A stretch of DNA of 64,000 nucleotides from Mustelus asterias (lineage: Eukaryota), in the NCBI RefSeq assembly GCF_964213995.1, contig NW_027590433.1, positions 1-64,000 on the forward strand, written 5' to 3'. Position 1 is the stretch's first letter, and the number at the start of each line of letters is the position of its first letter. Positions 1-11,460 of the stretch are shown here, piece by piece. Position numbers and translations under genes: made by a program. Under the pieces are notes generated by a model. It ran no database searches. It saw only the letters and a list, made by a program, of their open reading frames with translations, and was not told where the DNA came from.

Positions 1-445
1 CCACACAGACAATGACCCGAGGCCAGAATTGAACCTGGGTCCCTGCCGCTGTGAGGCAGCATTGGCAACCACTCTGCCACCGTGCCACCCCCTAGGGCGG
101 CACGGTAGCACAGTGGTTAGCACTGCTGCTTCACAGCTCCAGGGACCCGGGTTCGATTCCCGGCTTGGGTCACTGTCTGTGTGGAGTTTGCACATTCTCC
201 TCGTGTCTGCGTGGGTTTCCTCCGGGTGCTCCGGTTTCCTCCCACAGTCCAAAGATGTGTGGGTTAGGTTGATTGGCTGTGCTAAAAATTGCCCTTAGTG
301 TCCTGAGATGTGTAGGTTAGAGGGATTAGTGGGTAAATGTGTAGGGATATGGGGGTAGGGCCTGGGTGGGATTGTGGTCGGTGCAGACTCGATGGGCCGA
401 ATGGCCTCTTTCTGTACTGTAGGGTTTCTATGATTCTATGATTCT
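1..445. mobile_element. Two head-to-head tRNA-derived shark SINEs (HE1-like): 5' part of a minus copy (1-92) and a full plus copy (96-445)
   Basis: A/B-box-like head (GGTAGCACAGTGG...GGTTCGATTCCC), conserved body GTGTCTGCGTGGGTTTCCTCCGGGTGCTCCGG, and a CR1-like tail ending in (ATTCTATG)n. Same family recurs across the window. Confidence 0.9.
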
Positions 446-552
446 AATTAAATTAAACAAATTGCCACAACAGACAGGTATTCATCCGATTGACAAGTTT
501 TCCCGGGTAAACAGTGGCTCAACAAACAATTCATTTTATTTCTACACTGCAG

Positions 553-872
553 ATTCCAGCTCAGCTGTGTCACCAAGTTCCCTTCTACAAACCTCTGCTG
601 CCGGTGACCGGTTATTTGAAGCTGCGAATATTCAGGTCTCTGTCAGTACACAGTACACGTACCCTCAGACCCCAGGACAGGCTCAGAAATACCTGCTTCA
701 GACACACATTTCTGGAGAGGAGAATAAATCAAACAGTGTCGCGGGGAGGATTTCTGCTTCTATCGATTCTTCCGTCAAAATCAGCCGGTTAAAGATCTCC
801 AAACTTTAACTGAGCGACTCCGCTGTTTATTACTGTGAACTGAGTTGGCGCACCGGGGATATACGGTGGAGC
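553..872 (+). pseudogene. TCR V-delta pseudogene, NAR-TCR supporting-V type, with a D-like 3' extension and 23-RSS (873-911)
   Basis: Acceptor CTGCAG ends at 552. Reconstructed across two small deletions: DSSSAVSPSSLLQTSAAGD/VI*SCEYSGLCQYTVH/YPQTPGQAQKYLLQTHISGEENKSNSVAGRISASIDSSVKISRLKISKL*LSDSAVYYC. Extra Cys in CDR1. RSS: CACAGTA (873-879), 23-nt spacer, ACAATAACC (903-911). Confidence 0.85.
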
Positions 873-1121
873 CACAGTAGCTGAATCTCCCTTAACGCCC
901 GTACAATAACCTCCCAGCCTCACAGGAGTGCACCAACCTCTCTCAATAGCACCCCTCTCAGCCCACTCCCAGCCGCTGACCCCCATCCCCACCGTGATGT
1001 TGACCGAGTTTATCATATTACTGGTCTGACCCAACCCTAATCAAATCAGTCGGACACACGACAGAGAGAAAGGGTGGTGAACGGGACCGCAATAGATCTT
1101 CTTATTGGATCAAACCCTGTG

Positions 1122-1181
1122 CAACATATGAAAAGGCTAAGCTCATCTTTGGCAACGGGACCAGGCTGATTGTGGAACCCA
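1122..1181 (+). CDS. TCR J segment J1, coding intact: TYEKAKLIFGNGTRLIVEP
   Basis: FGxG motif; donor GTAAGT at 1182; heptamer CCCTGTG (1115-1121), 12-nt spacer, weak nonamer AGATCTTCT. Confidence 0.9.
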
Positions 1182-1489
1182 GTAAGTAACTAATCCTGGA
1201 TAATGATCTCTCAACATGTTATTTTATCCCCTGTGACTTAATTGAGACATACAATTATTTTAATGATCACTGTTGTTTTATGGATGAGCAGGGATCTTTG
1301 GGAATTGGAAGCGTAGCTTGACTGGGCACTTAGATTTTCCGAAGTATTTCCTTTAAACATTTAACTGGCCTCTATCATGACAACACAAGTGCGCTGCCAA
1401 CAGGGAGATATGTCAATGATCTGGCTGTATGTAGTGCAATTAAGTGACACCTCGATAAATAGCTGGAAGAGACTCACCCAGATAGAGTC

Positions 1490-1895
1490 ATAGGGTCATA
1501 GAAGGAGACAGCACTGGAAAAAGCCCTTCAGCGTAATGAGTGGCATAGATAGAGAAGACAGGAATATACTTTTCCCGTTACTTGAGAGAGCAGAGAGCAG
1601 CCAGGGACATAGATTTAAGGTAGGGGCAGGAGATTTAGCGGGGATGTGAAGAAAACGTTTTGACCCAAAGGGTGATGGGCGTCTGGGACTCACTGCCTGA
1701 AATGGTGATGGAGGCCGAGACCCTCTCAACATTTAAGAAGTATTTAGATATACATTTGTGATGTCATATCATACACGGCAATGGGCCAAGTGCTGGAAAA
1801 TGGGATTAGAATAGTTATTTGGTTTGTCTTTGACCGGCGGAGACATGATAGGCCCAAGGGCGTTTTCTGTGCAGTGGACTTCTCTGACTTTATGA
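1490..1895 (+). mobile_element. CR1-clade LINE 3' fragment
   Basis: Degenerate ORF2 C-terminal motifs (GHRFKV-like) and CR1 3' end GGGCCAAGTGCTGGAAAATGGGATTAG. Confidence 0.75.
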
Positions 1896-2520
1896 ATCTT
1901 TGCCTCAGACTATGAATAAAGAATATTTCAAATATCACTTCAGTGTGCAAATGAATCCATTATTGTGTATGAATTCTAGTGGTAGGGAACCTGTCTGAAA
2001 TGCAAAGTCATGTTTGTGTTACCTATTTCAATGGAACCCAGAATTAGGACTGCAATCATCTATGCAGCCTTCTGGCATCAAAATCACAGTTCTGAGTTAC
2101 ACTTATAAAGGTGGGGTGAGTTGGGATTGGGGGGAGGGGGTGGGTTGGGGCTCAATGGTGTAGATTTCCTTTAGTTCCAATTCTGAACGAAATCCCAAAA
2201 GCAGCATTTTTGTATGGATTTGAAAATTCCGTTCGAAAGTGAGCCAGGGAATTCTCTGCACGTGTTACCTCGCTTGGATGTGTACATTGAGAACTCCCAG
2301 CCAGTCACGCTCTGACTTATTTTCCTGGGAAATTAAGAGATGGATGACTTGGAAGATTGTAAAGGTTTCTGACTAACTTTTGATCCAAACAAACTGCAGG
2401 AAATAGTATTCTGTAGCGAGACCTGCTTAACTGCCCTGAGCAATGACTAAAGCCCTTTTTGAATTTTGGCATGCATGCTCCATGTCTTTAGGTTCTGACA
2501 TGGAGAGTAATCGCAGTGTA

Positions 2521-2582
2521 CGCTCGTGCTTCTTACAGACCATTAATATGCGGTGGTGGAACCAAATTGAGCGTGGAGCCAA
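2521..2582 (+). pseudogene. J2, probable pseudo-J: ARASYRPLICGGGTKLSVEP
   Basis: F of FGxG replaced by C; donor GTGAGT intact at 2583; degenerate heptamer CAGTGTA and poor nonamer. Confidence 0.8.
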
Positions 2583-2610
2583 GTGAGTAGAATCTATTGG
2601 CATCAATTAC

Positions 2611-2947
2611 GGGTGGCACGGTGGCACAGTGGTTAGCACTGCTGCCTCACAGCTCCAGCAATCCAGGTTCGAATCCAGGCTTGGGTTACTGTCTGTGTGG
2701 AGGTTGCACGTTCTCCCCGTGTCTGCGTGGGTTTCCGCCAGATTCTCTGGTTCCTCTCACAGTCCAAAGATGTGCGGGCTATGTTTATTGGTCATGCTGA
2801 ATTGCCCATTAGTGTCAGGGAATGTGTAGGTTAGAGGGATTAGTGGGGTAAATTTGTGGGAATAGGTCCTGGGGTGGGATTGTTGTCGGTGCAGACTCGA
2901 TGGGCCGAATGGCCTCCTTCTACACTGTAGGGATTCTATGATCTATG
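2611..2947 (+). mobile_element. HE1-like SINE
   Basis: Same head, body and tail as 96-445. Confidence 0.9.
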
Positions 2948-3440
2948 AATTTGAGAAGATTCATTTTGCACTCAGAAGTTTTTGGCCTCATTGCAAAAGT
3001 GGGGAGAAAATTTGCCATTGTGACAAACGAACCTGATGAATTATACAATGATGAAGGAATGTGTCCTTTTCCACTTGCACATAAAGAAGTTCCTCACACA
3101 ACTAAGTATCTCACACGTACCAACTATTGATACCACAATACTTCAAAGAATAGTGATCCAACTTTTTTTTTAAAAAGAAAACAATATTTCCTAATGCCAG
3201 ACTGATTCCGGGATAGCAGGATTATTAGCTTTGTTTCTCTCTCTACACGTGCTGCCAGACGTACACAGTTTATCCAGAATTGTCTCTTTCTAATTTGCTA
3301 TTTAATCGGTCGCACCTGTTTTGAGGGCAGATCGGTCATAAAATTATGCTAAGAGCATGTACTCCCCAGGGTTTTGAAATAGCTGAAGTCTCTGTGGCCT
3401 GCCCCAGTGGAAGCTTTCTGCTTGGGCAATAGTCACTGTG

Positions 3441-3503
3441 TGTATATTGCTGATAATGAAAAACTGATATTCGGCAGCGGCACCCGACTGCAGGTTGTGC
3501 CAA
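3441..3503 (+). CDS. TCR J segment J3, intact: YIADNEKLIFGSGTRLQVVP
   Basis: Nonamer GCTTTCTGC (3413-3421), 12-nt spacer, consensus heptamer CACTGTG (3434-3440); FGSG; donor GTAAGT at 3504. Confidence 0.95.
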
Positions 3504-3849
3504 GTAAGTGCGAGTCCACCTTCATTTCCTCCCATTAGATACAGATTTCTGCTGAATGGTGTCGGGTGAAAGGCCGGTAAAGAGCCAAGGCAGTGCTTGG
3601 AATGAAGGAGAAGCCATTGCACCAATCAATTAAGCTATTAGGCACCGAGTATCGAGGTCAGCTCACTGTTCATTAAGCCGTGTCATCAACACCAGTTGAA
3701 ACATTAGGCATCAGTGATGTGACATCGAACTGAAATTGGGTTACTAATAGGATAGAAAATGCCCATTTAGCAGGTTGAGTCAAATGCCCACTGATTTGAG
3801 TAATTATCTACATATATTTCATTTTCAAGCTTGTCTTTGTTAAAACTAA

Positions 3850-4780
3850 TAATCTTGCTAAAACTATACAAGGTACGATTTAGACCACATCTGGAACACT
3901 GTCCCCTTACATTAGGAAACCTATACTGGCATTGGAGGCAGTTCAGGGAAGGCCACTACTTTGATCCCAGGTATGGATATGTTTTTTCGGAGAGTTTGAG
4001 TATGTTGGGCCTCTACTTAGTGGAGTTTAGAAGCATGCGATGTGACCTTATTGAGACTTATTGGATTCTCAGGGGACATGACAAGGTTAGATGCTGAGAC
4101 GTTATTACCTCTTGGAGGACCAGAGGTCATAATCCCAAAGTATGGGGTTGCCCATTTATATGATGAAGATTTTCTTCTTTCAAGCCAGCAGTGAATCTGT
4201 GGAATCATTTACCGCAGAGAGCTGTACAGGTTGAATGTTCAGATTTTTAACCCACAGGGCAATCGAGGGTTACGAGGATACAACGGGAAAGAGGTATTCA
4301 GAATTATCACATCAGCTAATTCATGATCTCATTGAATGACCGATGGGCCAAATGGCATCCTTCTGCCCCGTCGTCCTATGGTCTCCGGTCTTTGTTAAAC
4401 TGCTGACACGAATGCATGCTTGAAATAAGGCTTCAAAGTGAAATGTTGGTCAACGATTATCAACAACAGGTTGATGTTTTGAACCAGGTGTTATAGTTCA
4501 AATTAAAGGGTCACTCCTTTAAAGACAGATATGAGGAGACTTTTTTCTCTCTTAAAGAGTAGTGAGTCTCGTCATCTCTCTTCTTCAAACATCAAGGGGA
4601 ACAGGGCCTTTGATTATTTTAAACACAGCTAGATAGATTCTTGATTAACAATGGATAAACGGTGATCGGGAGTAGGCAGGAATGTGGGGATGAGGTTACA
4701 ATCAGATCAGTCATGATCTTACTGAATAGCGGTTAGGCTGGAGTGGCCAGTGCCTTACTCCGACTCCCACTTTGCATGTT
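3850..4780 (+). mobile_element. Degenerate CR1 LINE 3' fragments
   Basis: RPHLEHC...CDLIETY motifs and CR1-type 3' ends. Confidence 0.7.
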
Positions 4781-5062
4781 CGTATGTGTTGATGTCAAAC
4801 TTTTTTCCCAGGATTTGTGTCTCCTGGGTGTTCAGGGAGAAGTACCGGTGAAGATGGAAATTGTGAAACACAGTCAATTCATTATCCAAATATTGTTCCC
4901 TGATATAGTCAAAAAAACAGTGGGAGCTAAGTGTGAGGGAGAGGGAGGGAACGGTTATATTTGGTTCAGGAGAGAAGCTAATTAAAAGAAGTGACATGAT
5001 ACAAACTGAATGTGAGCTAGCCCTGTGTTCATATGGCTGGGTCGATATTTTGTTGTAGCTGT

Positions 5063-5120
5063 TACTACCGAACTGAGAAGCTTGTCTTTGGCAAAGGGAC
5101 CAAACTCACTGTGGAGCCCA
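5063..5120 (+). pseudogene. J4: coding intact (YYRTEKLVFGKGTKLTVEP), heptamer not recognisable
   Basis: FGKG and donor GTAAGT at 5121; nonamer-like ATATTTTGT (5045-5053) but no CACTGTG-like heptamer 12 nt downstream. Confidence 0.85.
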
Positions 5121-5772
5121 GTAAGTCCTCAACTATCTTCCATCATGATCTGCTTACATTAGGATGACAATCAATATTTACAGTTCCAAACATATCACCA
5201 AGTCGTGTTTTAAAAAAAAATCAGTACACGCTTAAAGGGAGGAGATGCAATATAATGGCCATTCATAACTTGGGGAGGTCTTGTGGTGCAATGGGCTAGA
5301 ATCCCTACCTCTGAGCTAGAAACGCCGGGTCCGAGTCCCTACCCTTGGACTTGATGAACAAGAAAGGTGAGAAAGCAACGCTGCCAAAGATTGGGAGTGA
5401 GAGGGAGACTCCTGCTCAGCCACGCTTGATGTGTAGTATGGCTCTCTCAAGCTCTAAACCCTTCGCAAAAGCCGAGCGACGTGTTGCAGCAATAGCTATC
5501 ACTGAAGGCAGAAGAATTCTGCCTAAATGCACCACTCGGTGCGGAGAGGCAACTTGGCTTTAAATTTGGCCTTGGATGTGCTTAGCTTTGTAGAATGTTA
5601 TCAGATGTATTGTTCATCTCTTGGCGATAGATAATTTTTAAGGTTTACCATTCGCAGTTGTTGAGGCTCCCACTGACATCAGTGAATATGCCAGTGTCCT
5701 TGCTGTGTATACTGGATGGAATCTGAATGAGCTGATGCACTGGTAGCTTTCTGCTGGTAACTAGTCACGGTG

Positions 5773-5838
5773 CTCATTACTATGACGGTACTTATAAACT
5801 CGTCTTTGGCTACGGGAAACAACTGAATGTTGTGCCAA
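5773..5838 (+). pseudogene. J5, pseudo-J: HYYDGTYKLVFGYGKQLNVVP
   Basis: GCTTTCTGC, 11-nt spacer, CACGGTG (5766-5772); donor mutated to ATAAGT. Confidence 0.88.
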
Positions 5839-6444
5839 ATAAGTGCCAGGTGATTTCTCTTTACCCTTCGATGGATATTTCTGCAGAATCCATGTCTGGC
5901 GAATGGTGACAAAGAGGGAAAGTAACGCTTAAAATTAAAAACAAGCTGTTAGATGGATTTATGTATCATTAGATAATTAATTAGAACGATAGAGATCCAG
6001 AGGATATAATCAGTAAATTCGTAGATGATACACAAATTGGTGGTGTGGTAAATAGCGAGGAGGAAAGCCTTACATGACAGGTCGATATTGAAGGACTGGT
6101 CAAATGGGCAGAGCAGTGGAAAATTGAAATTTAACTCTAAAAAGTGTAAGCTGATGTATTTTGGGAGGACTAACAGGGCCAGGGAATATACAGAAGTTAA
6201 TTGAAACTGCATGGAAGGAAAGTTAAACTGCTAGCTATGTCTTGTACTTTTTGAAATAGAGTACAGCAAATAAAGCAAAAGGGTTAAATGGGGATGGATT
6301 TCAGGGAGAGGAATAGTTCTATTTTTGCTTTGGAGATCACCTGGCATTACAATTTGAATCCCAATCTATGGTCAAATCACCAGGTCAAGCAGGTCAAAAA
6401 CAACCTCTTGCAATACTGTCAGCACGGGAGTTACGGATTTGTGT

Positions 6445-7078
6445 AGCATCTTCCATGATTGGCCAGAACATTGAATACAGGAGTTGGGACGTTTTGTTGA
6501 AGTTGTACAAGACATTGGTAAGGCCACATTTGGAATACTGTGTACAATTCTGGTCACCCGATTATAGAAAGTATATTATTAAACTAGAAAGAGTGCAGAA
6601 AAGATTTACTAGGATGCGACCGGGACTTGATGGTTTGAGGCTGGATAGACTGGGACTTTTTTATCTGGAGTGTAGAAGATTGAGGTGTGATCTTTAGCGG
6701 TTAATAAAATAATGAGGGGTATAGATCAGCTCGATAGTCAGTTTCTTTCCCCAAAGGTAGGGACGTCTAAAACTAGAGGGCATAGGTTTATGGTGAGAGG
6801 GGCGAGATACAAATGTGTCCAGAGCGGCAATTATTTCACGCAGAGGGTGGTGAATGTCTGGAACAAGCTGCCAGAGGTAGTAGTAGAGGCGGGTACAATT
6901 TTGTCTTTTAGAAAGCATTTAGACAGTTATATTGGTAAGATGGGTACAGAGGAATATGGGCCAAATGCAGGCAATTGGGATTAGCTTAGGGGTTTAAAAA
7001 AAGGCTTCATAGACAAGTTAGGCCGAAGGGCCTGTTTCCATGCTGTAAACCTCTATGAATCTCTGACTCTATGATTGT
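6445..7078 (+). mobile_element. CR1 LINE 3' fragment abutting J6
   Basis: LYKTLVRPHLEYCVQFWSP...TRGHRF...VWNKLP and an ACTCTATG-type tail. Confidence 0.9.
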
Positions 7079-7079
7079 A

Positions 7080-7139
7080 TCATCCCCAAATCTGAAAGGC
7101 CGATCCTTGGTACTTGAACAAAACTCACTGTGGAACCTC
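7080..7139 (+). pseudogene. J6, pseudo-J: PKSERPILGT*TKLTVEP
   Basis: TKLTVEP end; FGxG decayed with an in-frame TGA; donor GCATGC; the LINE tail occupies the RSS position. Confidence 0.75.
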
Positions 7140-7436
7140 GCATGCATCCTCACAAAGTGCAATGGTCTCACCCAGCATTTACAGAAAATCTGAACCATAT
7201 TTGCTGAGATTGTAAAGTGGATAGAAATATATGACATATGGAGCTAACAGGCAAGGAGTGGGAATTAAATGTAAATTGGTGGATGGGGCGAACATATTTA
7301 TTTCAGGATATAACCTGCCCTGGCTATTGAAGTCAGCAGAATCTGAAATTGAACTCAAAACTCAAACTCAGGATAAATAAAATATAAATGAATCTTATAT
7401 TTCTGCTCAGGTGTTTGTACTTTTTGCCGCATTATG

Positions 7437-7506
7437 TACACATGTACTAGCACCAGAACTTTGAATCTTATCTTTGGCAGAGGAAACAAATTCACTGCGC
7501 AATCCA
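7437..7506 (+). pseudogene. J7, pseudo-J: YTCTSTRTLNLIFGRGNKFTAQS
   Basis: FGRG; heptamer CATTATG (7430-7436); donor ATAAGT. Confidence 0.8.
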
Positions 7507-8040
7507 ATAAGTGGTTTTAAATTTTCAGTTTGGACCTGGTTAGAGTATGAGTAACTGAAGTTACCTAGTTTTTTTGTTGCGTAGGAAATGGGCATTGCTG
7601 GCTAGGCCAGCACTTACATAGCCTGTCCCTCAATGTGGAAGGCAGTGGTGAGCTGCCTTCTTGAACCTGCTGCACTCGTCCATGTGTTGTGTGTATCATT
7701 CCATTCCTGCCTACAAAACATTTCCATTCTGTACAGAGATTGTGGGGAGTGTGGTGGCCAATGGCTACTTGAAGTTAGCAAGTGCATTAAGTTTCTGACC
7801 ATTCTTTCCCTCAAAGTTCCTTTTTGCACGATGCAAGTAAATAATTTATTGACCTATTACGTTCAAATGGTTGGGAAGTGAGGGGGGAGACATTTATATT
7901 TTTCGCTGGATATAACCTGCCCTGGCTATTGAAGTCAGCAAAATCTGAAATTGAATTCAAACTCAAACTTAGGAGACATATAATATAAATAAATCATTCT
8001 TCTGCTCATGTGGTTGGGTTTAGTTTTTTGTCCCATTGTG

Positions 8041-8110
8041 TACAGATGTGCTGGCACCAGAACTTTGTACCTTGTCTTTGGCAGAGGCAACAAATTCACT
8101 TTGCGACCCA
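8041..8110 (+). pseudogene. J8, pseudo-J, duplicate of J7: YRCAGTRTLYLVFGRGNKFTLRP
   Basis: Heptamer CATTGTG (8034-8040); FGRG; donor ATAAGA; flank ~7870-8160 is homologous to ~7275-7560. Confidence 0.82.
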
Positions 8111-8311
8111 ATAAGACATTTGAAAACGTCAGTTTGGATCTGGTTGGAACATAAGTAATTGACCTTTCCTTAAAGGTTCTCAAGGGCTCACCCTCATGTG
8201 AACTTTGTATATTCCCCTGCCTCCGAATTAATGAGTATGCTTCATCATTACTAAAGGACATCTGCAACTTCACTCCAATGGAAGGTCTATGTCTGTGCCC
8301 TTTATACTATA

Positions 8312-8361
8312 CATTATGACTATACTGTGAAGCTGCGGCACCCAGTTGACAGTTGTGCCAA
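8312..8361 (+). pseudogene. J9, pseudo-J with FG deleted: HYDYTVKL/GTQLTVVP
   Basis: GGTCTATGT, 12-nt spacer, TACTATA; internal deletion relative to J10; donor GTGAGT at 8362. Confidence 0.8.
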
Positions 8362-8510
8362 GTGAGTACGATTGGAAGTTACTCTCATTCTGTTTCATGT
8401 CGATTATTTTTTCGCTATATTGTGTCTGACAAATAGCAACCAGGGCAACGATACAAAGTATTACATGAAATACAAGTGAAGGCATTCTGTCCGTAAAATG
8501 AACTTCAGAA

Positions 8511-11460
8511 AGATAGAACATGGAACATTACATCGCAGTACAGGCCCTTCGGCCTTCGATGTTGCGCCGACCAGTGAAACCAATCTAAAGCCCATCTATC
8601 CTCCACTATTCCAAAATCATCCATATGTTTATCCAATGACCATTTAAATGCCCTTAATGTTGGCGAGTCCACTACTGCTGCAGGCAGGGCATTCCATGCC
8701 CTCACTAATCTCTGAGTGAAGAACCTACCTCTGACATCTGTCCTAAATCTATCACCCCTCAATTTAAAGCTATGTGCCCTCGTGCTAGCTATCACCATCC
8801 GAGGAAAAAGGCTCTCACTATCCACCCTATCTAATCCTCTGATCATTTTGTATGCCTCTATTAAGTCACCTCTTAACCTTCTTCTCTCTAACGAATACAA
8901 CCTCAAGTCCCTCAGCCTTTCCTCATAAGACCTTCCCACCATACCAGGCAACATCCTAGTAAATCTCCTCTGCACCCTTTCCAATGCTTCCACATCCCTC
9001 CTACAATGCGGCGACCAGAACTGTACGCAATACTCCAAGTGCGGACGCACCAGAGTTTTGTACAGCTGCAACATGACCTCCTGGCTACGAAACTCAATCC
9101 CTCTACCAATAAAAGCGAACACTCTGTACACCTCCTTAACAACCCTATCAACCTGGGTGCCAACTTTCAGGGATCTATGCACATGCACACCGAGATTTCT
9201 CTGCTCATCCACACTACCAAGTATTTACCATTAGCCCAGTACTCTGTATTCCTGTTACTCCTTCCAAAGTGAATCACCTCACACTTTTCCGCATTGACCT
9301 CCATTTGCCACCTCTCAGCCCAGCACTGCAGCTTATCTATGTCCCTCTGTAACCTGCAACAACCTTCTGCACTGTCCACAACTCCACTGACTTTAGTGTC
9401 ATCCGCAAATTTACTAACCCATCCTTCTTCGCCCTCATCCAGGTCATTTATAAAAATGACAAACAGCAGTGGCCCCAAAACAGATCCTTGCGGTACACCA
9501 CTAGTAACTGAACTCCAGGATAAACATTTCCCATCAACGACCACCCTCTGTCTTCTTACAACTCGCCAATTCCTGATCCAAACTGCTAAATCACCCTCAA
9601 TCCCATGCCTCCGTATCTTCTGCAATAGCTTACCGTGGGGAAACTTATCAAACGCTTTACTGAAATCCATATACACCACATCAATTGCTTAACCCTCATC
9701 CACCTCTTTGGTCACCTTCTCAAAGAACTCAGCAAGGTTTGTGAGGCACGACCTACCCTTCATAAAACCGTGTTGACTATCCCTAATCAAATTATTCCTT
9801 TCTAGATTATTATAAATCCTATCTCTTATAATCCTTTCCAAAACTTTGCCCACAACAGAAGTAAGGCTCACTGGTCTATAATTACCAGGGTTGCCTCTAC
9901 TCCCCTTCTTGTTGTGGTGTATATGGATTTCAGCAAAGCGTTTGATAAGGTTCCCCGTAGTAAGCTTTTGCAGAAAATACGGACACATGGGATTGAGGGT
10001 GATTGAGTGGTTTGGATCAGGAATTGGCTAGCTGTAAGAAAACAGAGGGTGGTGGTTGATGGGAAATATTCATCCTGGAGTTCAGTTACTAGTGGTGTAC
10101 CGCAAGGATCTGTTTTGGGGCCACTGCTGTTTGTCATTTTTATTAATGACTTGGATGAGGGCGTGGAAGGATGGATTAGTAAATTTGCGGATGACACTAA
10201 AGTCGGTGGAGTTGTAGACAGTGCGGAGGGAAGTGACAGGTGACAGAGGGATATAGATAAGCTGCAGAGCTGGGCTGAGAGGTGGCAAATGGAGTTTAAT
10301 GCGGAAAGGTGTGAGGTGATTCACTTTGGAAGGAGTAACAGGAATACAGAGTACTGGGCTAATGGTAAGATACTTGGTAGTGTGGATGAACAGAGGGATC
10401 TGGGTGTCCATGTGCATAGATCCCTGAAAGTTGGCACCCAGGTTGATAGGGTTGTTAAGAAGGCGTATGGTGTGTTAGCTTTTATTGGTAGAGGGATTGA
10501 GTTTCTGAGCCAGGAGCTCATGCTGCAACTGTACAAATCTCTGGTGCGGCCGCATTTGGAGTATTGCGTACAGTTCTGGTCGCCATATTATAGGAAAGAT
10601 GTGGAAGTGTTGGAAAGGGTGCAGAGGAGATTTACCAGGATGTTGCCTGGTATGGTGGGAAAATCGTATGAGGAAAGGCTGAGGGGCTTGAGGTTGTTTT
10701 CGTTAGAGAGAAGAAGGTTAAGAGGTGACTTAATAGAGGCATGCAAGATGATCAGAGGATTAGATAGGGTGGATAGTGAGAGCCTTTTTCTTCGGATGGT
10801 GTTGGCTAGCACGAGGGGACATAGCTTTAAATTGAGGGGTGAGAGATATAGGACAGATGTTAGAGGTAGGTTCTTTACTCAGAGAGTAGTAAGGGCGTGG
10901 AATGCCCTGCCTGCAGCAGTGGTGGACTCGTCAACTTTGAGAGCGTTCAAGTGGTTAGTGGATAAACATATGGATGGTATTGGAATAGTGTAGATTAGAG
11001 GGGCTTTAGATTGGTACCACTGGTCGGCGCAACATCGAGGGCCGAAGGGCCTGTACTGCACTGTAATGTTCTATGTTCTATATTCTTGAACAAGGGGACA
11101 ACATTTGCTATCCTCCAGTCTTCTGGCACTATTCCTGTAGTCAATGACGACATAAAGGTCAAAGCCAAAGGCTCTGCAATCTCCTCCCTAGCCTCCCAGA
11201 GAATCCTGGGATAAATCCTATCCGGCCCAGGGGACTTATCTATTTTCACACTGCCCAGAATTGCTAACGCCTCCTCCTTATTAACCTCAATCCCGTCTAG
11301 TCCAATAGCCTGTATCTCAGTATTCTCCTCGACAACATTGTCTTTTTCCTGCGTGAATACTGACGAAAAATATTCATTTAGCGCCTCTCCTATCTCTTCA
11401 GGCTCCACGCACAACTTCCCATTACTGTCCTTGACTGGCCCTAATCTTACCCTTGTCATT
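8511..11460. mobile_element. Minus-strand CR1 LINE (8511-9911 and 11083-11460) interrupted by a plus-strand copy of the same subfamily (9912-11082)
   Basis: RT motifs ([15 protein letters not shown]) on both strands; the host frame VVPLFK|KGSRGNPGNYRP is split, with TTCTTG at both junctions. Confidence 0.92.

Noticed and set aside
831-837. Embedded TACTGTG in the YYC codons as a cryptic RSS for V replacement
   Set aside because: It is present in most V genes by coding constraint, and no nonamer is seen at 12- or 13-nt spacing.
2060-2100. SGIKITVLS as an additional J relic (similar weak hints near 7750 and 13870)
   Set aside because: No RSS, FG or correctly placed donor.
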